Made by a program: the position numbers and the translations under genes | Assembly: GCA_038897215.1 (NCBI GenBank) | Contig: JAWAWX010000001.1 | Location: 352,001 to 416,000 of the forward strand | Source: Acidilobaceae archaeon | Lineage (GTDB): Archaea; Thermoproteota; Thermoprotei_A; Sulfolobales; Acidilobaceae | Reading direction: 5' to 3' | DNA length: 64,000 nt | Part shown: one piece after another, positions 19,786 to 29,200 of the stretch | How the letters are laid out: the number at the start of each line of letters is the position of its first letter | How positions within the stretch are numbered: the stretch's first letter is position 1 | Notes under the pieces: model-generated | What the model was told of the DNA's origin: nothing | Databases searched by the model: none | Seen by the model: only the letters and a program-made list of their open reading frames with translations

Positions 19786-20960
19786 CTAAAGAGGTCCGAT
19801 AGGCTGGCGAAGCCGGGGAACCCGTTTTTCACGAACTCCTCGTAGAGCTCTCTGCCCAAGAAGACTCTGTATATCTCGTTGGCTTTCGCTACTGGGTCTA
19901 TGTCGGAGAAGGCGCTGGGGTAGAGGATGTAGCCGACCCAGTAGGCGTTAGCTAGCGCTGTAGCAACGTTAGTGTGGTAGTGGTTGTAGGGCAGTATCCC
20001 GTAGACTCTCCCCTCTCTGAACGCTACGAGGCTACAGTAGGGCTGAGGGTTCTTCCTGAAGTCTCCCAGGACTACTCCTAGATTGTTCTCGTCTATGAAC
20101 ACCACCTCAGGCTGCCTCTTGATGATATACTCGAAGTCTAGGCTCACAAAGCCTCCTCTGCCGAGCTCGTCTACTATAGAGGGGGTGTTGATGAGCTTGA
20201 ATGGGACGAAGTCGCCCTGAGTAGAGGTGAATGGCTGGGGTCCTCTATACGATACTGCTCCAACATAGACCACAGGCCTCTTCTCTATAGCCCCCGTTCT
20301 AGCCCTCAAGTCTAGGACTAGTTGCTCCACGTATCTCACCAACTCTAGAGCTCTCTCCTCTCTCCCTAGAACCTTCCCCAGCATCATCAAGGCTCTCTTG
20401 AAGTCCTCGAGTCTCAGGTAGCCAGGCTCTCCGTAGTCTACGACTACGACCTTAGCTCCCGTTTCAGCCTCGAGCCTATCGGGGTCTATGAATTGCATGT
20501 AGAGCCTGCTCATCACTATGAGCTGAGGCCTAACTGCTGCGATTAGCTCGGGGTTGGGAGGCCTCCCAGGGCCTCCGGGGCCTATTGTCGGCAGGTCTTT
20601 GAGTCTACTGTAGTGAGCTAGCAGGTAATCCATCCCAGTGGGAGTCCCGGGAGTCCACCTCTTCTCCATCTCCTCCACTCCAACCACGAGGTCTAGAGCC
20701 TGCAGGTAGGCGATGAGCCTGAGAGCGCCGGGGCCTATGGCTACTACTCTAGTCACGTTTCTCGGGACTACGACCTTCCTCCCAGCGAAGTCCACGACCT
20801 CAACGTACTCAGTCTCGTCCCCCAGCTCCGGAGACTCTCCTCGAGGCTGCTCGCGCGCCGCTTCTCGAGAGTCATGGATGTACGGGAAGAGGAAGCCCAG
20901 CAGGACCACTATGGCCAGAGCTAGAGCGAGGCCCGCTGCGAGAGGAGTCTTCCAGCTCAC
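19776..20960 (-). CDS. Class III metal/cobalamin-binding ABC substrate-binding protein
   Basis: N-terminal TM anchor; VVDFAGRKV.VP, RVVAIGPG, NPELIAA..P, PEVVF. Confidence 0.9.
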   Translation of the reverse strand: MSWKTPLAAGLALALAIVVLLGFLFPYIHDSREAAREQPRGESPELGDETEYVEVVDFAGRKVVVPRNVTRVVAIGPGALRLIAYLQALDLVVGVEEMEKRWTPGTPTGMDYLLAHYSRLKDLPTIGPGGPGRPPNPELIAAVRPQLIVMSRLYMQFIDPDRLEAETGAKVVVVDYGEPGYLRLEDFKRALMMLGKVLGREERALELVRYVEQLVLDLRARTGAIEKRPVVYVGAVSYRGPQPFTSTQGDFVPFKLINTPSIVDELGRGGFVSLDFEYIIKRQPEVVFIDENNLGVVLGDFRKNPQPYCSLVAFREGRVYGILPYNHYHTNVATALANAYWVGYILYPSAFSDIDPVAKANEIYRVFLGRELYEEFVKNGFPGFASLSDLFRCP

Positions 20961-21643
20961 GGTCTCACCTCGAAGAGCTCTCGGGGCTCTACCTCTAACA
21001 GTATTCCTCTACCGGCGAGCACGGGGACTCTCGCTCCAGCGCAGTAGAGGCAGAGCCTGCCTCCGCCTCTCTCGACTGTCTTCGTGGTCATCACGAGCTC
21101 CCCGCAGACTCTGCACTTAACGCTCTCAACTATGGGGGACCTCTCGGGTAGCTTCAGCACTCTAACTCTAGACACCTTGAAGTAGCTCTCCGGCAGGTCT
21201 ACGAGGGATAGTGCCGCTTTTCTCCAGAGTTCGTGGAATCTCTCGACCTCCTCTCTTGAAGCCGTTCTCTCGACTAGCACTTTGCGCCTCAGCTCTCTAG
21301 CCTCGCTCGGTACTAGCTCCCCGATCTTCTCAGAGTCGAAGTATACCCTCACGCCCTCGCTTGAGCCGCGGAGAGCTAGGGTTACAGCGTTCTTCCCGAG
21401 ATCCACGTAGACTAGAGAGTTGTTCCCTAGAGTGCAACCCGTCTTGACCTGGACGCCGTCAGAGAAGCAGTTATTGACCTCTACTATGGCTACTACCTCC
21501 TCGTGTATAGACTCGTAGACTCCCAGCTTCTCTACTCCGAGCTTCTCCATGGCTATCTCTGCTGCTCTCATGCCGATGACGAGAAAGGGGCATAGATGGC
21601 CGTGAAGCTCCTCGGCTCTCCTCAAGTCTTCAGGCGTAACCAA
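20957..21643 (-). CDS. FmdE-family protein with C-terminal Zn finger
   Basis: HGHLCP...G, NNCFSDGVQ..TGCT.GNN, C-terminal CxxC...CxxC. Confidence 0.9.
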   Translation of the reverse strand: MVTPEDLRRAEELHGHLCPFLVIGMRAAEIAMEKLGVEKLGVYESIHEEVVAIVEVNNCFSDGVQVKTGCTLGNNSLVYVDLGKNAVTLALRGSSEGVRVYFDSEKIGELVPSEARELRRKVLVERTASREEVERFHELWRKAALSLVDLPESYFKVSRVRVLKLPERSPIVESVKCRVCGELVMTTKTVERGGGRLCLYCAGARVPVLAGRGILLEVEPRELFEVRP

Positions 21644-21648
21644 GAATA

Positions 21649-21675
21649 GTGCACCGTTTCTTTATACAGGTGCAC
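21649..21675. promoter_or_regulatory. Candidate operator GTGCACC-N13-GGTGCAC between the TATA box and the fmdE start
   Basis: Perfect 7-bp inverted repeat; minus-strand CTTAAAT TATA-like element near 21682-21688; TTG start at 21643. Confidence 0.6.
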
Positions 21676-21736
21676 CAACAGATTTAAGCATTACGGTAGC
21701 GAGTCGCGCAACGTTCTAGCGCCTCATCAGCGCGTT

Positions 21737-22738
21737 CTAGCTAAGCCCCCTCCTTCGCGTAGAGCTACGAGCAAGCCTCTCTCTACCCCTCCTTCTGACC
21801 TCTAGCAGGATCTCTCCGGTCAGCTCTCGGGGGCTCATGTTCAGCCTCGCTAGGTCTTCCTCTAGGTCTAGCTCAGTGTATATCCCGTGTTCGTTCAGAA
21901 CTCTTCTAGCCTCGTCTAGGCTCCTAGTCTCCGAGAGCTCTGCCACCAGCGGGTTGGATTCAGCCACTTTTCTAGCATCTAGGAGGAATGTGGCTGTAGA
22001 GAAGAGACTCACCTCTACTACTCTAGACCCTCTTCTAGCCGAGAGCTCTCCTCGAAGCCCTCTAAACGCTAGCAGAGGTATTCTCGAAGCCTCTGTCTCA
22101 ACTACCTCGACTAGTTTCTCGAGTAGCTCCGCGTCATCAGGCTCCATGAATCTGCCTCCTAGCAGAGCTCCTCTTCGAGAGAGCTCATCGACTCTGCTTA
22201 GCACATAGCTCTGCGAGAGCTCTCCATCGCTCCCCGGAGAGTGGACTGCTAGAACCCCTCCTACTCTAGCGAGAGCAGCCAGCCCCACTAGGTCAGCGAG
22301 AGGACTCCAGAGAGTCTCCTCGAAGCCTAGAGCTAGGCTGTCACCACCCACGTCTACGCCCACTACTCTCGACGCTCCGACCTTCTCAGAGACCTCGAGG
22401 AGAGCTTCAGCGAGACCTACAGCCCCGCTCCAGATGTCTAGAACGTAGACTGGCTCCTCTAGAGCTCTCGCTACTCTCGCTGCAGCGAAGACGACCCTAG
22501 ACCCTCCTCTCTCAGCGTAAGAAGACCCCGAGACCAGGACGTAGCCTCTGCCTCTCTCCAAGTAGTCTCTGATCTCATCTAGCCTCACGGGCCCCGGCAC
22601 GGGGTCTACGTGAAACCTCTCCCACGCGATAGACGCCACTACTGCTCTAACACAACACCTCCTCATAGCTCGAGCTAGCATAGCAGCTGAGACCACGTCG
22701 CCGCCCCCGCCGATAGCAACTACTAGAGTAGAAGCCAT
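21737..22738 (-). CDS. DUF1152 family protein
   Basis: GGGGDV, WERF..DP.PGP, GVDVGGD.LA.G.E..L.SPLAD, GSDGE. Confidence 0.85.
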   Translation of the reverse strand: MASTLVVAIGGGGDVVSAAMLARAMRRCCVRAVVASIAWERFHVDPVPGPVRLDEIRDYLERGRGYVLVSGSSYAERGGSRVVFAAARVARALEEPVYVLDIWSGAVGLAEALLEVSEKVGASRVVGVDVGGDSLALGFEETLWSPLADLVGLAALARVGGVLAVHSPGSDGELSQSYVLSRVDELSRRGALLGGRFMEPDDAELLEKLVEVVETEASRIPLLAFRGLRGELSARRGSRVVEVSLFSTATFLLDARKVAESNPLVAELSETRSLDEARRVLNEHGIYTELDLEEDLARLNMSPRELTGEILLEVRRRGRERLARSSTRRRGLS

Positions 22739-22860
22739 CTCGGAGCCCTAGGAGAGCGCTGAGTCTATAGAGCTAATCAAGAACTCGCTAGGAGCGCTCC
22801 AGCAAGCCTCTCTTCGTATTTGAGGAGGTTTTGCGAATCTATATCAATAAACAGATAGAC

Positions 22861-22898
22861 TATTAAATAGTATTTAATAAATGGAAAATTTTAAAAGA
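22861..22898 (+). promoter_or_regulatory. Palindrome TATTAAATA-G-TATTTAATA followed by BRE/TATA of the psr-like operon
   Basis: Perfect 9-bp inverted repeat at 22861-22879, then GGAAAATTTTAAAA. Confidence 0.65.
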
Positions 22899-22937
22899 GT
22901 GGTCCTAGAATCTAGTTATGGCTGTGGGTGACGAGCC

Positions 22938-25484
22938 ATTGCTGTAAAACTCTCGAGAAGAGATTTCGTTAAGCTTTCTGCTCTCGCTGCCGCGCTAATG
23001 TCTATACCTCTTGGCTACAAGACCGTCAGGAAGACCGATGAGGCGTCGCTAGCCGGAGCCGGTATCGGTGGCATAAAGTTCGTTAAGACATACTGTAATA
23101 TGTGTGGAGCTCTCTGCGGCATACAGGTAGCCGTGAAAGACGGGAAACCTCTATTCGTGCTCCCCATAGATGACCACCCGCAGCGGGGTCTCTGCGGCAG
23201 GTCTGCTACCACTCCATGGCTCTGGAATCACCCGCTTAGAGTCAGGAAGCCTCTGAAGAGAGTCGGGGAGAGGGGCGAGGGCAGATTCCAGGAGATCTCC
23301 TGGGAGCAGGCTCTAGACGAGATAGCCGCCAAGCTTAGAGAGATAGCTGAGAAGTACGGCCCCCGAGCCATAGCCTTCACCTGGCACGATGTATGGAGCT
23401 GGCACGTCGGCCTATTCCAATACGGTCTCGGCACCCCTAGCTTCACGAACCACGTCGGAACCTGCCATACGAGCGGGACTGTGGCTAGAGGGGCTGTACT
23501 AGCAGCTGGAGGGCCTGCAAGCGTCGACCCGGATCTGACCAACGCTAGCTACGTCCTCCTGGTTGGCAGAGCCTACTCTACTGCTAACATGGGCCATGTT
23601 AACTGGCTCAGGTCTAGTGACAAGGTTAGGATTGTCTACGTCGGGCCCAGGATGGCTGAGATTGCTTTCGGGGAGGTCGAGTGGGTTCCTATCAAGCCTG
23701 CTACCGAAGTCGTCTTCGTGCTGAGTCTTATCAATGTGATCATAGAGGAGGGTCTTTACGACGCTGAGTTCCTGAAGAGGTATACTAACGCTCCGTTCCT
23801 CATCAAGCCCGACGGCAGGCCTCTCGTTGAGGCGGATGTAGTCGCGGGCGGTAGAACAGGAGTATATCTAGTATTCGATGCTAGAACAGGGAGACTCGAA
23901 GACCACACGAGAGCAGCAGACCCACACCTAACGTACACAGGTAGAGTAACACTAGCAGACGGAAGAGAGATAGAGGTAACAACAGCATTCAACCTACTTA
24001 GAGAAAGAGCAGCCAAATACCCGCCAGAAGAAGCGGAGAAGATAACAGGAGCACCGGCAACAACCATAAGAAGAATAGCGAGAGAATTCGCGCTATACAG
24101 AGGAGTAGCAGACGACACCTGGTACGTTACGTGGAACGGAGAACCGGACTTCTACGCTGTGATGGCTATACTGATACTCAACACTATCGTGGGGAGCTTA
24201 GAGAGGCCAGGCGGGCTAGGCTGGATGGAGACTAGGAGATTCCCAGCCATAGGGTCTGTTGTAACCGTGGGCGGGAAGAGGTACTGGAGACCTGTATGGG
24301 CTGAGACGATCCCAGAGGCTCACCCAGGCCTGCCTGAAGAGCTGTGGGGCAGCGCTGGCGAGACGAGGATCGATGTGAGGAAGTATAGGAGGACTGCTGC
24401 TACTTTCGACGCGATACTAGACGCTATAATCAAAGACGACCCCTACCCTGTCAGAGCCCTGATAGCGATCGGAAGCGACCCGCTCATGAGAGACATGGAT
24501 ACAGAGAAGGTTAAGGAGGCTTACAGGAAGCTCGAGCTACTAGTAGTTGTGGACGTTCTTCTCAAAGACTCGGGAATGTATGCGGACTACGTGCTTCCAG
24601 ACACCACGTTCCTAGAGAGAGACGAGATAGCGTCCAACAAATGGACTCTAGCCCCGGTAGTCCAGAAGCAGACGAAGGCCGTAGACCCGCCGCCTGGCTG
24701 CGAGGCTAGAGACTGGATCTGGGCGTTCATGGAGATAGTGAGGAGAGCCTGGCCGGAGAAGGCTAGAGCTCTAGGCTGGAAGGAGGAGTACAGAGACTAC
24801 GAGACCTACAAGAGAGACTTCGACGAGAAGCTGAAGGAGGCCATGGTGATAGCCCTAGCTAGAAGCTGGGCTCCGGTGCTCAGAGTCCCCGAGGCGGAGC
24901 TGAGAGAGCGGATCAAGAGAGAGCTCGACGAGAAAGGCTACATAGTGTTCCAGCCCAAGGTATACAACCCGGCCAGGCTCACTGCTCTAGGGACTCCTAG
25001 CAGGAAGGCTGAGATATACTCGCTGAGGAATCTAGCCGACGGGCTAGACCCGCTCCCCGACTTGAAGCCCCCGGCTTACACTGTGCCCAGAGGCGGTGAC
25101 GAGTTCTACCTAGTCAACGGCAAGAATGCGCTCGTAAGCGTCCACGCTACGCTAATGCTGCCGATGAGATGGCTTCATGACCCGAGAGTATGGATGAACC
25201 CGAAGGATGCCAAGAGACTAGGGATAAGAGACGGGGACTTGATAGAGCTCGAGGCGATAGACACTGGCAGGAAGGCTAGAGCGAGAGTCAGAGTGACTGA
25301 TAGAGTGATGCCGGGAGTCTTGTTCGTCTTCAGCCAGTCATTCGGTAGAATCATAAAGCACATAGAAGGCTATGAGCATCTCGCAGAGGGCATCAACCCG
25401 CACACATTAATCAGAGCGTACGCGATGCCGATAGTGGGAGGAGGGGCGACGAACTGCAGCGTCAGAGTCAGGAAGGTGAGCTGA
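22938..25484 (+). CDS. Tat-exported Mo/W-bisPGD oxidoreductase catalytic subunit, PsrA/PhsA/SreA-like (ATT start inferred)
   Basis: Tat motif SRRDFVK upstream of ATG 22998; FS0 CxxCxxxC...C; probable Cys ligand in NHVGTCH; ADYVLP.TTFLERD; MNPKDA..LGI.DGD. Confidence 0.9.
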   Translation: MAVKLSRRDFVKLSALAAALMSIPLGYKTVRKTDEASLAGAGIGGIKFVKTYCNMCGALCGIQVAVKDGKPLFVLPIDDHPQRGLCGRSATTPWLWNHPLRVRKPLKRVGERGEGRFQEISWEQALDEIAAKLREIAEKYGPRAIAFTWHDVWSWHVGLFQYGLGTPSFTNHVGTCHTSGTVARGAVLAAGGPASVDPDLTNASYVLLVGRAYSTANMGHVNWLRSSDKVRIVYVGPRMAEIAFGEVEWVPIKPATEVVFVLSLINVIIEEGLYDAEFLKRYTNAPFLIKPDGRPLVEADVVAGGRTGVYLVFDARTGRLEDHTRAADPHLTYTGRVTLADGREIEVTTAFNLLRERAAKYPPEEAEKITGAPATTIRRIAREFALYRGVADDTWYVTWNGEPDFYAVMAILILNTIVGSLERPGGLGWMETRRFPAIGSVVTVGGKRYWRPVWAETIPEAHPGLPEELWGSAGETRIDVRKYRRTAATFDAILDAIIKDDPYPVRALIAIGSDPLMRDMDTEKVKEAYRKLELLVVVDVLLKDSGMYADYVLPDTTFLERDEIASNKWTLAPVVQKQTKAVDPPPGCEARDWIWAFMEIVRRAWPEKARALGWKEEYRDYETYKRDFDEKLKEAMVIALARSWAPVLRVPEAELRERIKRELDEKGYIVFQPKVYNPARLTALGTPSRKAEIYSLRNLADGLDPLPDLKPPAYTVPRGGDEFYLVNGKNALVSVHATLMLPMRWLHDPRVWMNPKDAKRLGIRDGDLIELEAIDTGRKARARVRVTDRVMPGVLFVFSQSFGRIIKHIEGYEHLAEGINPHTLIRAYAMPIVGGGATNCSVRVRKVS

Positions 25485-25499
25485 GAGAGGTGAGCCCCC

Positions 25500-26069
25500 G
25501 TGGCGAGGCTCGCGTACTTATGGGATGAGAGGCTCTGCATCGCCTGCATGGCATGCGTGGTAGCGTGCACAGCGAACTACCCGGAGCTGAGAGAAGACCC
25601 CAACCCGAACCCGTACTGGAGGTGGATGGCGAGCAACATAAGAGTGGAGATCAGGGAGTTCGGGAGGCCGAGACTGAGACTCGTCTCATGCCAGCACTGC
25701 GAGAACCCGCCTTGCGTCACTGTGTGTCCCACTTTCGCTAGCTATATCGATAAGAAGACCGGGCTAGTTAAGTTCGATAAGAGCAAGTGTCTCGGATGCA
25801 AACACTGCGTGATAGCGTGTCCCTACGGAGCCAGGTGGGTTGGCAAAGACCTCCTGCCGCACAAGTGTATGGGTGAGCTCTGCGAAAGCAGAGTAGAAGC
25901 AGGGCTACAGCCTCTCTGCGTCAGCGTCTGCCCAGCCAACGCTAGAGACTTCGGCGACATAGACGACCCAGAGAGCAGCATATCTAAGAAGCTGAGAGCT
26001 CTGAGAACAGAGAGAATGCTGGAGGAGTACAGGACCGAGCCTAAGTACTTCGTGGTGACTGGTGGGTAG
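25500..26069 (+). CDS. Four-cluster Fe-S subunit (PsrB/NrfC-like)
   Basis: CIACMACVVAC, CQHCENPPCVTVCP, CLGCKHCVIACP, KC...C...CVSVCP. Confidence 0.92.
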   Translation: MARLAYLWDERLCIACMACVVACTANYPELREDPNPNPYWRWMASNIRVEIREFGRPRLRLVSCQHCENPPCVTVCPTFASYIDKKTGLVKFDKSKCLGCKHCVIACPYGARWVGKDLLPHKCMGELCESRVEAGLQPLCVSVCPANARDFGDIDDPESSISKKLRALRTERMLEEYRTEPKYFVVTGG

Positions 26070-26071
26070 AG

Positions 26072-27211
26072 ATGGTTGGCGCGAGAGTGACTGTAGCTGT
26101 ATCGGTAGCTCTCATCGTGGTAGGAGGCCTGCTAGCTCTCTACGGCTTCTTGACTAAGCAGGTGCCAAGCATAACCTGGGCTCTTCTAGTCCCTGCATAC
26201 GTGTTCTTCGGGCTCATGGCTGGAGGCTCTAGCATAGTCAACAGCCTCTACACAGTCTTCGGCTACAAGGGGCCCAGAGAGGAGCTGGAGAGGATAATAG
26301 TCTACGGCGTCGTGTTCTCGCTAGCCTCGCTGATAGCGTCGTTCCTAGCTATCGCGCTTGAGGTTTCACAGCCTTGGAACACTATCTACATCCTGCTATC
26401 TCTCAACCCGGAGTCTAGGATAGCCTGGATGGTGATCATCTACTCGATATACCTCGTCTTCCTGGTGGTAGAGCTAGCATACTTCCTGCTACACTCCGTC
26501 TCCCCGTCTAGAGTCAAGGTGTCTAAGGCTGTAGAGTTCGCTTTAGGAGTCTTAGTGCTGGTCGTCACGATAGCTGCCTACACGAACCTAGCGGGGATCT
26601 TCGGTAGTACCGCCACGATCCACATGTGGCACGGAGCCCACCTAGCAGCACTATTCATCCTGTGGGCTATAGCACTTGGAGCAGCCGGTCAGGGACTCTA
26701 CGTGCTGATCCTGAAGCGCGCTGACAGAGAGCTTCAGAGCTTTGCCGCAAGCTTCTACGGGAGGATCATGACTCTAGGCCTTCTAGCCACTGCCGCTGTA
26801 GTGTTCTGGATGGCTCTCCTAGCCGGCTACGGGCCTGCTGCTAGAGAGTGGGAAGTCATGCTTAATGGAGCCTACTCAGCTCACTTCTGGATAGGCTTCG
26901 TCATAGCAGGCCTAGCCGCCCCCATAGTGCTATCTATAGCCTCGACCACGACTAGAAACATCTTGTACCAGGCAGCCGCCTCGATCCTAGCCCTTCTCGG
27001 AGGCTTCATCGGCATGTACACCATAGTCGTAGCTCCTCAGACAGCGCGCCTCACAGTCTTCAGAGACTACGAGGTGATAGAGTTCGCACCACACGCCGAC
27101 GAGTACTTCGTCCTAGCTGGAACCATCCTGATCTGGATAGGGATACTGAGTCTGGGAGCTATCGTAGTCAAGAGCACATACGAGCGAGCACACCAACAAG
27201 CCCACAGCTAG
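26072..27211 (+). CDS. NrfD/PsrC-family membrane anchor
   Basis: About 10 TM; W.LLVPAYVFF...AGG, NPES.IAWM, HFWIG; followed by a T-rich terminator. Confidence 0.88.
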   Translation: MVGARVTVAVSVALIVVGGLLALYGFLTKQVPSITWALLVPAYVFFGLMAGGSSIVNSLYTVFGYKGPREELERIIVYGVVFSLASLIASFLAIALEVSQPWNTIYILLSLNPESRIAWMVIIYSIYLVFLVVELAYFLLHSVSPSRVKVSKAVEFALGVLVLVVTIAAYTNLAGIFGSTATIHMWHGAHLAALFILWAIALGAAGQGLYVLILKRADRELQSFAASFYGRIMTLGLLATAAVVFWMALLAGYGPAAREWEVMLNGAYSAHFWIGFVIAGLAAPIVLSIASTTTRNILYQAAASILALLGGFIGMYTIVVAPQTARLTVFRDYEVIEFAPHADEYFVLAGTILIWIGILSLGAIVVKSTYERAHQQAHS

Positions 27212-27212
27212 A

Positions 27213-27245
27213 ACTTTCCCGCTTCTATCCCTCCTTCTTTTTCCC
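27213..27245 (+). terminator. Pyrimidine/T-rich archaeal terminator after the psr-like operon
   Basis: cttttcccgcttctatccctccttctttttc. Confidence 0.5.
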
Positions 27246-27337
27246 CTCCCCTCCTCGCTTCTCTCGCGCTGAGCTCTCTAGAGGCTCCTCATTTAAGCTC
27301 TCGCGCTTCAAGGATGCTCTCCGGGTGCTTTCAGCCA

Positions 27338-28090
27338 GTGAGGGTCCTCTTGATCTCTGACGTGCACGGTAACTATGACGCTCTGAGAGCTGTTCTCGAA
27401 GCCTCTCCGCCTCACGACGACGTCTGGATCTTGGGAGACCTAGTCGACTACGGGCCTGAGCCCGATGCTGTAGTCGACGAGGTGAGAAGCCTAAAGCCAG
27501 GCGTCGCCGTCAGAGGGAATCACGACCACGCTGCTGCCTACGGTGTCGACTGTGGGTGTGGAGACGAGGTGCGGTGGCTCAGCGTCTACACTAGAGAGGC
27601 TGTGACCGCGAGGCTCTTAGACGAGGGGCACAGAGCGTGGCTTAGGTCTCTCAGGATCGTGGAGAAGCGTGAAGCTGGGAGATTCCAGGTCACGGTGGTC
27701 CACGGGAGCCCGAGCAACCCTCTATACGGCTACCTGAAGCCGGGGATGAGCTTAGAGGAGCTCAGAGCGTCTCTAGCTCAGAGACCCGGGCTGAGGCTCA
27801 GAGGGGGCTCGGTGGAGCCCGTCTCCGGGCTCTTCGCGGTCGGTCACGCTCACGTAGCGTACGAGCTTAGAGTCGACGAGGCCAGAGTCTTGAACCCGGG
27901 TAGTGTAGGGCAGCCTAGAGACGGAGACCCGAGAGCCTCCTTCGGAGTCCTCGACTTGGAGACCGGGAGGTTCGAGATTCGCAGAGTCGAGTACGACGTG
28001 GCTAGAGTAGTCTCTAAGCTGAGAGCTCTAGGCTTGAGGGAGGACGCGTTGGAGAAGCTGGCTTCAATCCTGCTCACTGGGAGAGCGTAG
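27338..28090 (+). CDS. Calcineurin-like metallophosphoesterase
   Basis: ISDVHGN, LGDLVDYG, RGNHD, HGSP, GHAH, NPGSVGQPRDGDPRAS. Confidence 0.92.
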   Translation: MRVLLISDVHGNYDALRAVLEASPPHDDVWILGDLVDYGPEPDAVVDEVRSLKPGVAVRGNHDHAAAYGVDCGCGDEVRWLSVYTREAVTARLLDEGHRAWLRSLRIVEKREAGRFQVTVVHGSPSNPLYGYLKPGMSLEELRASLAQRPGLRLRGGSVEPVSGLFAVGHAHVAYELRVDEARVLNPGSVGQPRDGDPRASFGVLDLETGRFEIRRVEYDVARVVSKLRALGLREDALEKLASILLTGRA

Positions 28091-28108
28091 CTCTGGGGAG
28101 CTCTGTGG

Positions 28109-29137
28109 CTAGAGCTCGAGAATGCTGACCTCCGAGACCCCGGCTTCGACTAGCTCGGGGCTAGCGCTAACAGGCGCGAGCACTACCGCCTTCCCCTTCC
28201 TCTCGTCAACTCTAACTAAGAGGCCCGGGTGGGGAGACTTCTTCACGTAAACTGCCGCTATGAGCCCTGCTCCTGGCCTGGGCCTCTGGTCTCCTAGGAA
28301 TACCACGGAGTCCAGAGGCACGGAGTAGCGCCTAGCGCCCGCCAGCTTACTGGCTATTAGCCTCTCTCTATGCAGCCTCCTCTCCTCGCTCGTCTTAGCC
28401 GAGCGAGCTAGAGGCTTGAGGCTCGCTACCTCGAGCCCTCTGCTCTCGAAGACCGCGAGCTTCTCTCTATCGAGCCCGAGAGCCACCACTAGCTCTACTC
28501 CGGCCTCGACCGCTATCTCCGCCTTAGCCTGAAGCCCTCTCTCCTCGACCCACCCGTCGGTGTCTATCACTAGAGGGGGCGGGCTCTGGGAGAGCTCTAG
28601 AGAGCATCGCTTGTACCTCTCTAGCATAGCGCTAGGAGTGAAGGAGCCGACGAAGCAGGAGCGCTCTACAGTAAACGAGGCCGTGGACCCGGGTACAACC
28701 GGGGGGTTAACGGAGGCTAGCGAGGCGAACCCCGGGCAGTAGACCTCATTCTGCCCGACGTCTATAGTGAGGAGCTCGGGTCTCGCTCCTGAAGCTGCCG
28801 CCAGCCCGGCTACTAGAGACGCTAGAGTGCTCTTACCGGAGTCCACGGGGCCCACTATCATCGACTTCCTTCTAGCAGCCTCTCTAGCCACAGAGTAAGC
28901 CTCCTCTATCTCCCCCGAGGAGAGCTCTACTAGAGCGGAGCCGGGCGAGCCGGACACCTGGATCCTTGCGTTCTCTCCCCTCAAGAGGACTGCTCTAGCT
29001 CTAGGGACCACTAGCCTGAAGCCTGCTCCCACGGGGAACCCCATTGCTTCAACTAGTCCTCCAGCGACCACCACTACCGCTGGGCCTCTGACTGCCAGGA
29101 AGCCGTCTAGGCTGATCTCTCTAGTGTATAGCTCCAC
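28109..29137 (-). CDS. Clp1/Grc3-family polynucleotide 5'-OH kinase
   Basis: GPVDSGKST, DVGQ....PG, IDTDGW, lid motif R..HRE. Confidence 0.85.
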   Translation of the reverse strand: MELYTREISLDGFLAVRGPAVVVVAGGLVEAMGFPVGAGFRLVVPRARAVLLRGENARIQVSGSPGSALVELSSGEIEEAYSVAREAARRKSMIVGPVDSGKSTLASLVAGLAAASGARPELLTIDVGQNEVYCPGFASLASVNPPVVPGSTASFTVERSCFVGSFTPSAMLERYKRCSLELSQSPPPLVIDTDGWVEERGLQAKAEIAVEAGVELVVALGLDREKLAVFESRGLEVASLKPLARSAKTSEERRLHRERLIASKLAGARRYSVPLDSVVFLGDQRPRPGAGLIAAVYVKKSPHPGLLVRVDERKGKAVVLAPVSASPELVEAGVSEVSILEL

Positions 29138-29200
29138 CTCCCCGGCCCTCCGCCGCTCTAGGGGAGAGAGCTCTCCTTAAAGAGAGCTCTCGCTGCGGCC

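Noticed and set aside
22938-25484. Selenocysteine in the molybdoenzyme
   Set aside because: No in-frame TGA; the ligand position is Cys.
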